Shown piece after piece: positions 26,701 through 39,517 of a stretch of DNA of 64,000 nucleotides. Source of the DNA: Okamejei kenojei (Eukaryota); contig CM069140.1 of the NCBI GenBank assembly GCA_035221665.1, positions 9,920,001 to 9,984,000 on the forward strand. The letters are read 5' to 3'. Numbering within the stretch: position 1 is the stretch's first letter; each line of letters starts with the position of its first letter. A program made the position numbers and the translations under genes. The notes beneath the pieces were generated by a model. That model searched no databases and was not told where the DNA came from. It saw only the letters and a program-made list of their open reading frames with translations.

Positions 26701-27149
26701 TCGAGACCCTTCTGTGCTGTGCTGTTTTCACTGTACATTATCCAATTACTTATAGGACAGACTGACAGAGTACCCTCTGGTGCTTTACTATTTCCTGTGC
26801 TATGCCTTTGGATCCTTGATACAGTTGTAAGTTCTTGGTGCAGAGGTCTGTTGGTGAACAGGTTGCAACCCAAATTTACCAGATTCAGTTTGACCTTGCA
26901 TAAGGGAATAAACTGCATTGCTAGATATGGAAATGCCCTTCTTTGTTTAGATTTCAAATTGGCTGTGACGCGGAGCATTCAGTGGAAAGAACAACCTTGC
27001 ATTTGTATGTTAGAGGAATAATTTTTTTTAATGTACTGCAATCTCCAGATGTGTACAGTATTCCTCATTTTAACAGATGTAATGTTCTTATTGTAACACA
27101 GATAGAGCCACTCGGCCTCTCTGGTCTATGTAGTCAGGGGAGCAAAATT

Positions 27150-27442
27150 GAGTGTAGTTGCTATTTCTGAGGATACGATGCTTGGGAAGCTGAAAGGACT
27201 GAAGGTGGATAAGTCACCTGGATCAGATGGGCTTTTCCCCAGGGGTCAAAAAGAGGTAGCTGTTGAGATTGTGGAGGCATTAGCAGTGATCTATCAAGAA
27301 TCACTGGAGTCAGGAATTGTTCCAGAGGACTGGAAAATGGCAGTTTTGTGTCTATCTTCACTGTTTTAGAAGTGAGCAAAGCAAAAGAAAGAAAATTATA
27401 AGCTAGTTAGTCTGACTTCTGTGGTTGGTAAACATTTTAGAA
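27150..27442 (+). mobile_element. CR1/HER1-like LINE fragment
   Basis: LKVDKSPGSDG...VPEDWK, CR1 ORF2 region upstream of the RT domain. Confidence 0.8.
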
Positions 27443-28235
27443 TCTATACATAACTAAAACTGATCTTGTTATCTTCCGGTTTGGCGGTCATTCTATTTGC
27501 GCAAAAACGGTTTGCAATAGCGCTACGATTTTTCGCCAGTCCACTCACCGTTCATCCTATGCTCCGAGTCCACCAAGTTTTGTTCCGATCAGTAGAATGT
27601 CGTCAAAGTTAGTGAGGTTTAAAAATCTTAAAAACCGCGCGTGCGCAGATCGATCTCTTCTGCCTTCCAGCGCCGCGCGGATTAGTCTCTTCCCCTGTCA
27701 CTCCCCGGGACGGTCTGCCCCTTCCTGCCCCATCGCTGAGGAAAGCCGGCGGAGGTTTCCAACCGGACTTTCTGAGGGACCCGAAGCAGCCCCGCCCCAA
27801 GCAGCAACGAGGCAATGTCACCAAACGGAAAGCGGCGAGTCTGATCCCGACGGTGGAAAGCATCCAGCCCCAACTGTTAGTCCCAAACGCAACGCCCCGC
27901 AGCTCCAACCCCTTTCCCCTCTGGTCGCCCTCGTTGGCTCCTACCCCCTCACCGTGATACCCCCCTCTCCCCCATGGCTCTTCTCCCATCTTTTTTCTGA
28001 TCTCTCTTCCCACGCCCCCCACCTCCCAAGAAGAGGGAGGAGCGGCAACCTTGAGATTCTAGGGAGGAGAGGGGATAAAGGGAGAGGAGGGGAGAAGGGA
28101 GGGGAGAGGAGTTATGGAGGGAGGGAGTGACTGAGGTAGGGGAGAGGAGAGGGTGGGAGAGGTGAGGGATGGATTTGGGGAGGGGAGGAGGAGAGGGAAA
28201 AGAAGAGGGAGGTGAGGAGGGAGAATGGGGAGAGG
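27443..28235 (+). mobile_element. Possible non-autonomous Helitron 5' portion (truncated)
   Basis: Begins a|TCTATACATAACTAAAAC where the CR1 breaks; GC-rich body, purine/pyrimidine tracts; no 3' hairpin-CTRR end seen. Confidence 0.35.
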
Positions 28236-28239
28236 ATTC

Positions 28240-30890
28240 ACAAATCAAGTCAAGTCACATTTATTTATATAGCACATTTAAAAAACAACTCTCGTTGACC
28301 AAAGTGCTTTACATTTGTTATAAGAGTAGTATACACAAGCAGGCTACATACATATATACAAATAGCCCTCACTCAGAGGACGTCAGGAAAGGCTTGGGAG
28401 AACAGATACATTTTTAGACTAGACTTAAAGGAGTCAATGGAGGGGGCAGTTCTAATGGGGAGGGGGATGCTGTTCCACAGTCTAGGAGCTGCGACCGCAA
28501 AGGCGCGGTCGCCCCTGAGCTTATGCCTAGACTGCGGGACATTCAGCAACCCCAAGTCGGCCGATCTGAGGGAGCTGGAGGTGGTGTAGTGGTGAGAAGA
28601 CTTTTAATGTAGGTGGGTGCAAGCCCATTGAGGGCTTTGTAGACAAAGAGGAGGGTCTTGAAATTTATTCGGAACCACACAGGGAGCCAGTGGAGAGAGG
28701 CCAGGATCGGGGTGATGTGGTCCCTTTTTCGGGTGCCCGTCAGGAGTCTCGCTGCGGCGTTTTGGACCAATTGCAGGCGGGACAGGGAAGATTGGCTGAT
28801 GCCAGTGTAAAGGGAGTTGCAGTAATCTAGGCGGGAGGAGATAAATGTATGGATGATCTTTTCGAGGTCATCAAACTGGAGGAATTGTTTTATTTTAGCT
28901 ATCATCCGAAGCTGGAAGAAGCTAGCTTTTACCATGGCATTGACTTGTTTGTCAAATTTCAGTGCTGAGTCAAATATCTCGCCAAGATTTTTGACGTGAG
29001 GTTTGAGTAGTGGGGTAAGGCTTCCAAGGCTGCCTGCTATCATTTTGATTGAGTCCGAGGGGCCGAGAAGGATGACCTCAGACTTACTCTCGTTTAGTTC
29101 GAGGAAATTCTGGGCCATCCAGCACTTTATATCCTCGAGGCAGCGGGTAAGGTTAAGCAGATTTGATTGGTTTTTGGGATTCAGGGGGAGGTACAATGAC
29201 TTGGCCTAAGGGGAGCATATATAGGGAGAAGAGAATGGGCCAAGGATGGAACCTTGTGGAACCCCACAGCAGAGGCTAGCTGGGGAGGAAAAAGAGTTGC
29301 CTATGTTAGTAGAGAAACTCCTACCTTTGAGGTAGGAGATGAACCAGCTCAGGGCAGTGCCATCAATACCAACCCCGTACCTGAGACGGTCAATTAGGAT
29401 GGTGTGGTCGACTGTATCAAATGCTGCGCTGAGGTCAAGAAGGAGCTGGATTGCACAGTCGCCGGTGAGCAGTAAGTCATTATGTACCTTGAACAAGGCA
29501 GACTCTGTGCTGTGGTGAGCCCTGAAACATGATTGAAATGTTTCCAAGATAGTATTTTGGTGAATGTAGGGCATAAGTTGACTTACCTTTTACCATTTCT
29601 TACCTTTTCAAGGGCTTTTGAGAGGAAAGGCAGTTTAGAAATGGGTCTGTAGTTGCTTGGCAAGGTGGGGTCGAGGTTAGGTTTTTTCAGGAGTGGCTGG
29701 ACTACCACATGCTTGAAGCAGGTAGGTACAGTGCCAGTGACCAGAGAACTGTTGAAGATGGCGAGGATACTGGGACCGGCTGTTATGATGACGTCCTTTA
29801 GGAGGGCAGAGGGGAAGTGTCAAGGGGGCAGGTCATAGGTTTCATGGTTGTGATCAGTTTTACAAGGGAGGATAGACTAACAGGTTGGAAACAATCTAAT
29901 TTTGAAGAACAGACCAGTGAGACAGCCAGGTCACGGGTAGGAGGGGAGATATTCGTTCGTATGTTCTTTACCTTGGTGGTGCAAAATGTAGTAAATTCCT
30001 CGCACTTAGTCGGGGACCCGGTTAAGCTGGTGCTGGGGGCAGGACAAATGATGGAGGTGATGGTGCTAAAAAGGACCTTGGAATTATGAGCGTTTTTGGA
30101 GATAAAGGTGGAAAAGTATTTTGTTCTTGCGGATTTTACCGCTTCCTGGTACTTGTGAAGGTTGTTTTTCAGGAGTTCGAAGGAAATTTGAAGCTTATCA
30201 GATTTATACTTCCGTTCTGATTTTCTGCATTCTCTTCTTAGGGCTCTGGTGGTGTCATTGAGCCACGGCCAGCCTTTAGGCTTAGGCTTTTTCATTTTAT
30301 GAGGAGCAACAGAATCCAGGATGGAAGAGCAAGTAGTATTGAATAGAGAAATTAGTTAGTCGGTGCTGAGATGGGGGGTAGACGCCTCAATCGTGCAGAT
30401 GTCGGGGACAGCTATGAGAACCTCAGAGAACTTACTGGCCGTCATGGAGTTAACGTAGTGGGAGTAGCGAGCAGGGAGAGAAAGGCAGAGATATATCGAA
30501 TATAGTAGCACTGTGATCAGACAGACAGGCATCAATACTTGTCTCCCAACTTGTGTTACAAGTTGGGAGACCAGATGAAAGCACTAGGTCTAGTGTATGG
30601 CCAAGCTTGTGCGTGGGTCCAGTGGTGAGTAGAGACAGATTGAAGGACTCAACCAGGTTCATAAATTCACTCACTAGAGGCTTCGTGGGACAGCGGACAT
30701 GAATGTTAAAGTCACCAAGAATCAGGACCTGGTCAAATTTGGGCAACAAGCTAGCGATAAGATCACCAAATTGTGAGATAAAGTCCTTATTTGTTTTTGG
30801 GGGGCGATACACCAGAACAATTAAAAACGGACAGAATAGACCAACTATGATAAGTTGATATTCAAAACTGGAGACGTGATCAGAGGTATA
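28240..30890 (-). mobile_element. L2-clade LINE, 5'-truncated and frameshifted ORF2 (APE plus RT)
   Basis: YRPP...ILGDFNIHV (APE); [23 protein letters not shown] (RT); SRLDYCNSL, QNAAARLLT, LHWLPV; 3' tail (ACTTG)n. Confidence 0.92.
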
Positions 30891-30894
30891 AAGG

Positions 30895-31517
30895 GAGTGC
30901 CAGTGCTTGATTGCCGAAAGGTTAATTTGTGGGTTGAGTTAGTAGTAAAGAAGGCAATGCTGACTAGAATATAAAAGCAAGGATGTAATGCTGAGGCTTC
31001 ATGAGAGGTTGGTGAGGCTACATTTGGAATATTGTGAGCAGTTTTGGTTGGATGTGCTGGCTTTGGAGAGGGTACAGAGGAGGAGGAGGAATGATCCCAG
31101 AGATGATTGGGTTAACGTACAAGGAGCGTTTGAGGCCTGTACTGGACCTGTACTCACTGGAGTTTAGAAGGATGAGGGGGTTCTCATTGAAACTTACTGA
31201 ATAATTAAAGGTCCAGATAGAATGGATGTGGAAAGGATGTTTCCAGTAATGGGAGTCTAGGACCAGAGGGCACAGCCTCAGACTAGAAGGATATACTTTC
31301 AGAATGGAGATAAGGAGGAATTTATTTACCCAGAGGGTAGTGAATCACATTCGACTTTGGGTATTTTTAAAGCAGATATTGATAGGTTCTTGAGTAGGAA
31401 GGGCGTCAAAGGTTCTGGGGAGAAGGCATAGAATGGAGTTGCGAGGGGAAAATGGATCAATAACAGTAAGCCCGATGGGCTGAATTGCCTAATTCTGCTG
31501 TGTCATATGGTCTTATG
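30895..31517 (+). mobile_element. CR1/HER1-like LINE 3' fragment
   Basis: LVRLHLEYCEQFW..., LYSLEFRRMRG, CR1 3'UTR. Confidence 0.8.
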
Positions 31518-32527
31518 CCTGATTTCCATCACCCCCCCCCCCAAAGAAACCAGTCCTCTTTCCCCTCTGCTTATTTCCCTGTAGCCTTGCTCAACAACTC
31601 CCTTCTGACTCTTTTGCTTCACAACTATACTGAGGGTTAATTTTACAGAAGCCAATTGACCTACCAGCATAAATGTTTAATTTGGGGTGAAACCAGAGCA
31701 CCCGGTAAAATCCATGAAGCTATGAGAAGCTCCGCACTCTGAGATTAGCATCAACTCTGGGCCTTTGAAGCAATGAGACAGTAGCACAGAATTCTGTGCC
31801 AATGTTTTACCTGCAACAGAAAATGTTAAAACCCTCCAGTTGCAATTGTTGTAAGAAGTTTTGCCTTGTAGATTTTCTACTGATATAATCCATAATATTT
31901 GCTGACGTTAACGGCAATTTAATGAAATTGAAAAGGATACAAAGTGCTGGAGTAACTCAGCGGGCCAGGTAGCATCTCTGGAGTTAACATGGACAGGTGA
32001 CGTTTCAAGTTAGGACCCTTCTCCAGAACTTTGTGTCCTTTTCTGTAAACCAGCATCTGCAGTTTTTTGTATTTAAATACTAATTAAATATTTAAAAACT
32101 ATTATTGTTTTCAGCTGGATTTAATTATGTTTAGTTTATTGTCACATATACTGAGGTACAGTGAAAGCTTTTGTTGCGTGCTAATCAGTCAGCGGAAAGA
32201 CAATACATGATTGCAATCGAGCCATCTATAGTGTACAGATACATGATAAGGGGAATAAAGTGTATAACATTTAGTGCAAGATAAAGTCCAGTAAAGTCCG
32301 ATCAAAGATAGTCCGAGGTAGATAGTAGCTCTAGTTGGTGATAGGATGGCTTAGTTGCCTGATAACAGCTGTGAAGAAAATGTTCCTGAATCTGGAGGTG
32401 TGCATTTATTTAAATTTCTTTATTACTTTAATTACTTTAAATTATTATGAAAAGATCAATTTAACAATGACCAAGTGAATCCATTGTACGATTTTGGACA
32501 AAGCTAATATTCTCCCCTGCCCTCTAG

Positions 32528-32625
32528 GTGATCGATGGGGCGGGATTAGATGTGGATTTCTACATTTCATCCCCAAATGGAAAAGTTCTCTATTTTGATC
32601 AGAGAAAGTCTGATGGAGTGCACAG
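32528..32625 (+). CDS. TMED5: TMED5 coding exon 2
   Basis: Acceptor tctcccctgccctctag|; [32 protein letters not shown](S); donor AG|gtgagt; 98 nt; absent from ORF track, translated by hand. Confidence 0.96.
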
Positions 32626-33049
32626 GTGAGTGACGGACTTTGTAACGTTCATTATTCGTCATGGGAGTTACTCTTGTTGAAAAACATCGAACATGCTTTG
32701 TCATTGGATTCCATTTGAACTTTAAACTGACTAGCTCATTTGTTTTGTGGCAGAATAGTGGTGCGAGGTGAGGCATACGAAGGTTGGACCTTTTGTCCAA
32801 CGTCCGCCACCATCGCCAACACTCTCCACCATCTCCCTGGTTCCCAACTTCAGGGGCGGACAGGGGACAAACTCGGCGGCTACCCGCTCCCGGTTCTACA
32901 GCTGAGCCATCCACTATTTTCTGTTTTACTCCAGCTTATTGCTCTGAATCCATCAAATACTAAAATAAACATTGCAGTTGGGCGCACATTGAATAATTTG
33001 TGAACACATTTAATGTAATATGCACTCATGTACATGGTCCCTTTTTTAA

Positions 33050-33580
33050 AAATAATTTTATATGTTTTTGTAAGATCCTCCCTCATTCTTCTAAACACCA
33101 GTGAATACAAGCCTAGTCTTTTCAATCCTACCTCATATGACAGTCCCGCCATCCCAGGGATCAATTTCGTGAACCTAGGCTTCACTGCCTCAACCACAAG
33201 GACGTCCTTCCTCAAATTAGGAGACCATAACTGTACACAATACTCCAGCTGTGGTCTCAGCAGAGCCCTATACAACTGCAGAAGAACCTCTTTACTCCTG
33301 TACTGAAATCCTCTTGTTATGAAGGCCAAGAGGATTTCTTCACTGCTTGCTGTACCTGCACACCAACTTTCAGTGACCGGTGTACAAGGACACCTAGGTC
33401 TCGCTGTACCTCCCCCTTACCTAACCAACCCCATTGAGATAATAATCTGCCCCCTTGTTTTTGCCGCCAAAGTGGATAACCTCACATTTATCTATATTAT
33501 ACTGCATCTGTCACGCATATGCCCACTCACTCAACCTGTCCAGGTCCCCCTGCAACCTCCTAACATCCTCTTCACAGTTC
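33050..33580 (-). mobile_element. CR1/HER1 LINE fragment
   Basis: EVLLQLYRALLRPQLEYCVQLWSP. Confidence 0.85.
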
Positions 33581-33640
33581 CTAGTAATATGTGCTATCAA
33601 ATGGTGTTATGCTATACGGAATGATAACATAAAATCTGGA

Positions 33641-33814
33641 GATAGACAGAAATGCTGGAGAAACTCAGCAGGTGAGGCAGCATCTATGGAGCGAAGGAAA
33701 TAGACAATGTTTCGGGTCGAGACCCTTCTTCAGACCTTCACTCCATAGATGCCGCTGAGTTTCTCAGGCATTTTTGTTTACCTTCGATTTTCCAGCATCT
33801 GCAGTTCCTTATTA
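33641..33814. mobile_element. Inverted pLTR cassette with 15-bp TSD
   Basis: aacataaaatctgga at 33626-33640 and 33815-33829. Confidence 0.8.
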
Positions 33815-36169
33815 AACATAAAATCTGGAACCTAGTTTACGGATAGCTCGTTCCCACAATTATCTGAATCAAAGAGAGTGTAAACAGAGGCTCCAGCAGC
33901 TTCAAATATTTTGCATTCTACTGGCAATTAATTATTTTTCGCTGTTTGCTATTGTGTAATGCAGGAAACATGGCTGTAAAATTGTGCAGCACCATGTTCC
34001 ACAGATGCCAAAGAAATGAGTGCATATCAGCAGAAAAACTGCTGTGACCTAAATTACAGACAGCAGTGAACAGAATCTGAATCAACAGAACAACCATAAT
34101 AACATATTATTTCCACATGTCTGTTTGCCTTGCAGCAGGTAACATCGTCAAGTTTATTAATACATTCATGGAATGACACAGAGTGCTGGCGTAATTCAGC
34201 AGATCAGGCAGCATCTTTAGACTGTTGAGATACTGCGCGGAAACGTGCCCTTTGGCCCTCCGAGTTTGCGCCAACCAGTGATCACCCCATACACTAGTAC
34301 TGTCCTGCACACTGGGGACAATTTACAATTTTACCAAAGCCAATTAACCTACAAACCTGGACGTCTGTGGAGTGTGGTAGGAAACCGGAGCACCCAGAAA
34401 AAGTCTACGTGGACACAGGATAGGTGACGTTTCAGGTCTGGACCTTTTGTGTCCTTTAGTGCAAAGCAACATCAGTAGTTCCTTCTTTCTATATTTATCG
34501 GTTTGTTAGTGTTATGTGTTTTGGCAGGCATTTGTCAATGTATTTGCAGGTGAAAATTTGTTTGCCAGAAGGCAAATAAATTTCACAACACCCCACAAAC
34601 CAATCCCCACCTCTTCCCAACCCGCACTAACCCTGCCCAGCAGATTTCTGTTCGGGACTGGCCAAGAGGCTGCCAAAGATCTATCACAGGTAGCAATTGT
34701 ATTAATTAAATTAAATGACAGATTCCTTCACTAATATGGGCGTGTGTTTTTAAAAGCAGCTCATGGAGGCTTAAACTATTGAATTGCAAAAGTGAATTAT
34801 AAATAAGCAGGTGTTTACTGACACTGCTGCAATGCATTCATTTGAATTGCATGTGATTTGTGATATATCTGGTGTTTGTTTTTGAACATTTTGAGAGACT
34901 GCTCTTATAATGACAACAATGTGTTTAAACAATTTTAAATACATTTTAAATGATGAGCAAGAACCAAGGTTGAATTATGTAAATAATAATCGTGGGTTTA
35001 GTTTAGCGATACAGCATGGAAATCAGCCCTTCATCCGACCAAGCCGATTATCGATCACCCATTCACACTAGTTCTATGTTATCCTATTTTCACATCCACT
35101 CCCTACACACAAGTGACAATTTTATTGAGAGGTCAATTAACCTACAAACCCACACGTCTTTGGGTTGTGGGAGGAAACCGGAGCACCCGGAGGCAATCTG
35201 TGCATGGGGAGAACGTGCAATTGTGTCAAGAAGCAGTCTACGGTTTTGGTAAAAATTGAAAACTGTCGCAAGTGTGTAGGATAGTGCTAGAGGACAGGGG
35301 TCGCTGGTCGACGTAGACCAGGAGGACCAATGGGCCTGTTTCCACAGTGTATCTCTAAACTAAAATAGTGTCCAAGTAATAAATTCTATGCCACAGGGTC
35401 TGGACGGCAATTGTCTTAGACTCCTTTAACACTATCCTTATGAGTCCATTATGCTATGGCTGCCCCATGTTAAAAGAAAGCATGCTCAAGCAAGTTTCAC
35501 TCCACTTTATGAGGTTCAGGACCTGGAATACCAGGATCTGCCTGGACAAATACAGCACTGACGGGAGACACAAGATGCTGCAGATGCTGGAATCTTGAGC
35601 AAAGCACAAAAAGCTGGTCAGGCAACATCTGTGGAGGGAATGGACAGATAAGGTTTCTGATTAGGGCCCTTCTTCAGAGTTGTTCCGAAGTGTCTGAAGA
35701 AAGGTCCCAACCCGAAACAGTGACAGACCTGAATGCCCCTCTGCTATCACAACCTCTAGACACCGACTCTTTGACATCAGCGAGGCACAGGTGGTGGCCA
35801 GTTTACAGGACAAGATGCAGAGTGCAATGTGTGGAAGGGCAAACATAAAGAAGTGAACCACCTCACAAGACTGCCCAGCTGCCATAAGGCATCTCCTACC
35901 CGATCCGTGGAAGGGTCTGTAATTCCTGTGTTGTCCTTGTTAGCCACCTCGGAATCCACAAAACTAGAGTGGAGACCAAAAAAAGGCACAGTGCTGGAGT
36001 AATTCAACAGGTCAAACAGCATCCCTGGAGAAGATGGATAGGTAACCGTTCGTGTCTGAACCGTTCTGTACACTGAAGAAACTTCACCTATCAATGTTCC
36101 CCTCTGAGTTACTCAGGCATTTTGTGTCCTTTTCTTGTAAACTAGCATCTGCAGTTCCTTGTTTCCCAT

Positions 36170-36183
36170 ATAGATAGATAGAT

Positions 36184-36222
<39 letters not shown>
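36170..36222 (+). repeat. (GATA)n/(GA)n microsatellite
   Basis: Directly visible. Confidence 0.95.
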
Positions 36223-36230
<8 letters not shown>

Positions 36231-36320
36231 ATAAGAAAGAAAAGGGATGCTGGATGAATTTGGGGAGAGCCATAGAGGATGTAAGATTAGATCTCCAAAA
36301 CAGAACAGTGAACTTTCAGG

Positions 36321-36630
36321 GGGCAGCACGGTGGCGCAGTGGTAGAGTTGCTGCCTTTCAGTGCTTGCAGTGCCGGAGACCCAGGTTCCATCCCCTCTAC
36401 GGGTGCTGTCTGTACGGAGTTTGTAACTTCTTCCCTGACCTGCGTGGGTTTTCTCCAAGATCTTCAGTTTCCACCCACACTCCAAAGACGTACAGGTTTG
36501 TAGGTTAATTGTCTTGTATGTATAAATTGTCCCTAATGTGTGTAGGATAGTGTTAATGCGCGGGGATTACTGGTCGGCGCAGACTCAGTCGGCCAAAGGG
36601 CCTGTTTCCGCGCTGTACCTAACTAAACTA
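36321..36630 (+). mobile_element. HE1-like tRNA-derived SINE (representative full copy)
   Basis: Pol III A box (tggcgcagtgg) and B-box-like ggttccatccc; CR1-like tail. About 20 copies in the window, e.g. 10203, 11596, 23825, 40306, 44480, 48567, 51609, 53545, 57240, 60925. Confidence 0.85.
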
Positions 36631-36852
36631 AAGAGAGGGTAGATAAAAAAGCTGGAGAAACTCAGCGGGTGCAGCAGAATCTATGAAGCGAAGGAATTAG
36701 GCAATGTTTTGAACCAAAACCCTTCTATAGTAAAGTCTCATTAAAAAAATACTCTGATGTTCTCTAATGAGGTGGATAGGAGGCCAGGACCGCTCTCTAG
36801 TTGGTGATAGGATGGTTCAATTGCCTGTGCCCCCTTTTCCCCTTAATACATA

Positions 36853-37880
36853 CGGTGCCATCCATAATGTTTGGGACAAAGACCCATCATTTATATATTT
36901 GCCTCTGTACTCGACAATTTGTGATTTGTAATAGAATAAAAATCACATCACACAGATCAGAAACACTCATCAGGAGTCAGGTGTGGATTTGTCAATGACC
37001 ACTGTCTGCAGAAGACTTCATGAACAGAAATACAGAGGCTACAGTGCAAGATGCAAACCACTGATTAGCCGCAGAAATAGGATGGCCAGGTTACAATTTG
37101 CCAAGAAGTACTTAAAAGAGCAACCACATTTCTGGAAAAAAGATCTTGTGGACCGATGAGACGAAGATTGACTTATATCAGAGTGATGGTAAGAGCAAAG
37201 TATGGAGGAGAGAAGGAACTGCCCAAGATCCAAAACATACCACCTCATCTGTGAAACACGGTGATGGGGGTGTTATGGCTTGGCATGTATGGCTGCTGAA
37301 GGTACTGGCTCACTTATCTTCATTGATTATACAACTGCTGATGGTAGTAGCATCATGAATTCTGATAGACACATCCTATCTGCTCAAGTTAAACAAATGC
37401 CTCAAAACTCATTGACCGATCTGAACCCAATTGAGCATGCCTTTTATATGCTGTAGAGAAAACTGAAGGGGACTAGCCCCCAAAACAAGCATAAGCTAAA
37501 GGTGGCTGCAATACAGGCCTGGCAGAGCATCACCAGAGAAGACACCCAGCAACTGGTGATGTCCATGAATCACAGACTTCAAGCAGTCATTGCATGCAAA
37601 GGATATGCAACAAAATACTAAACATGACTACTTTCATTTACTTGACATTGCTGTGTCCCAAACATTATGGTGCCCTGAAATGGGGGGACAATGTATAAAC
37701 ACTGCCGTAATTTCTACATGGTAAAACCAAAATGTATAAAAATCGCCTTTATTAAAATCTGACAATGTGCACTTTAACCACATGTGATTTTTTTTTCTCT
37801 ATTATAAATCTCAAATTGTGGAGTACAGAGGCAAATAAATAAATGATGGGTCTTTGTCCCAAACGTTATGGAGGACACTG
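36853..37880 (+). mobile_element. Internally deleted Tc1/mariner transposon (IR/DR type)
   Basis: TA TSDs (36851-52, 37881-82); long TIRs (c-g/a-gtg-cc-tccataa-gtttgggacaaagacccatcattt...); transposase remnants WTDETKIDLYQSDGK, VKHGDGGVMAW, DLNPIEH; inner direct repeat near 37653-37677. Confidence 0.92.
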
Positions 37881-38041
37881 TATATGGTTGACTTGCAAAG
37901 CAGTGACATTTGTAGCCTATTTAATAAATAGTTAAAAATGTATTAAATAGTTCAATTTAGCTGCTACCTCCTTCACTATCTCCATTCATTTCTATTTTAA
38001 CATTCAATGAACAAATTGACTCGTTTCTCTATCATTTTTAG

Positions 38042-38222
38042 CATCGAAACTGAGAATGGGGACTACATGTTTTGTTTCGACAACTCATTTAGTTCCATAT
38101 CAGAGAAGATAGTGTTCTTTGAGCTTATTCTGGACAACATGGAACCTGAGGGTGACTCAACCAAGTGGAATGATATTCTACCAGGAGGAGAGCTGCTTGA
38201 TATGAAACTGGAAGATATTCTG
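38042..38222 (+). CDS. TMED5: TMED5 coding exon 3
   Basis: Acceptor tcatttttag|; IETENGDYMFCFDNSFSSISEKIVFFELILDNM...DMKLEDIL; donor CTG|gtaggt; 181 nt, phase-compatible with exon 2. Confidence 0.96.
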
Positions 38223-38825
38223 GTAGGTGTCAACTTGCATGTGTCTTTTTTCTAGTCCAAATCACTAGTGTGATACAAAATTAGTAATGGGCTGAGAAAA
38301 TCAGAGGCAGGTGGGAGAGAGGGGGTACAACAGAAATCAATTAGCTGTTTAACAGCCAGTAACATTCCTGATATGCATCTTGTTAGCCTATTAACTTATA
38401 GCATGCATTGATAAACCAATGCAGTACAGTCCTACATTTTATAATCCATGTCACTTCAGCTTTTGGCTTTCCCTGCTTTCAATACTGCTCAACCTTGAGC
38501 TACATCTCACTTGCGTATTAGCCTCACACCCTTTGTCACTGTTGTCTCTGATCAATAATAAGGCAATATGCATAGAGTCATACAGTGTGGAAACAGGCCT
38601 TTTGGCCCACCTTGCCCACACCTACCAACATGTGCCATCTACATTAGTCCCACCTGACTGCATTTGGCCCACAACCTGTCCTATCCATGTACCTGCCTAA
38701 ATGTTTCTTTAATGTTGCGATAGTCCCTGTCTCAACTACCATGTTGAGTAAATTCACCATGACTATTTCAGTTGTGGTGATGTCCACGATTACAGGTAGT
38801 ATTCAGCCCACCAGAAAGGAGAGGT

Positions 38826-39030
38826 GCACAAAGTGCTGGAATAACTCCACGGGTCAGGAAACATCTCTGGAGAACATGCATCGGTGACTTTTCCAGTCGG
38901 GACCCTTCTTCTGACTAAGATGGGCCCCGACCTGAAACGTCACCTATTCTTGTTCTCCACAGATGCTGCCTGACCTGCTGGGTTATTCCAGCACTTTGTG
39001 TCTTTCTTTTGTAAACCAGCATCTGCGGTT
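38826..39030. mobile_element. Inverted pLTR/hammerhead cassette in TMED5 intron 3
   Basis: cacaaagtgctggaataac...gttattccagcactttgtg fold-back, degenerate cores. Confidence 0.7.
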
Positions 39031-39298
39031 CTACAGTAAGGAGAATTGGATCGACTGATTTCTTGGGGAGAAACTGTATGTCTATACAATGAAGTTTACT
39101 TTGAAAGTATTATAGATCATTCAGCATTTCATCTTAAAGCAGAATATTCAACGTTCAAAAACTCAGTTGCCATTAAAGTCTGCTGCTCTTGAATGCCCAC
39201 CCACTACCACTGTTTTAACTTGTTGCACAGCTTTTCAGTTGATTTGGATGTCTTTGTTGTGAAATGTGATTTTATTTTCTTTTGGGACGGTTTTTCAG

Positions 39299-39517
39299 GA
39301 TACGATAAACAGCGTGAAAGGGAGACTTAGTAAAAGCAACCAGATACAGGGGCTGCTCCGAGCCTTTGAGGCACGTGATCGGAACCTCCAAGAAGGCAAT
39401 TATGACCGGGTGAATTTCTGGTCGATGGTGAACCTTGCTGTGATGCTCACAGTGTCGTGTCTGCAGGTATACATGCTGAAACATTTATTCAACGACAAGA
39501 AAAGAAGCCGAACGTAG
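39299..39517 (+). CDS. TMED5: TMED5 coding exon 4: coiled coil, TM helix, cytosolic tail
   Basis: Acceptor tttttcag|; DTINSVKGRLSKS...LLRAFEARDRNLQEGNYDRVNFWSMVNL...LFNDKKRSRT*; total spliced CDS 227 aa. Confidence 0.96.
   Translation, partial: DTINSVKGRLSKSNQIQGLLRAFEARDRNLQEGNYDRVNFWSMVNLAVMLTVSCLQVYMLKHLFNDKKRSRT

Noticed and set aside
36321-36400. tRNA-like A/B boxes
   Set aside because: SINE heads in many degenerate copies, not tRNA genes
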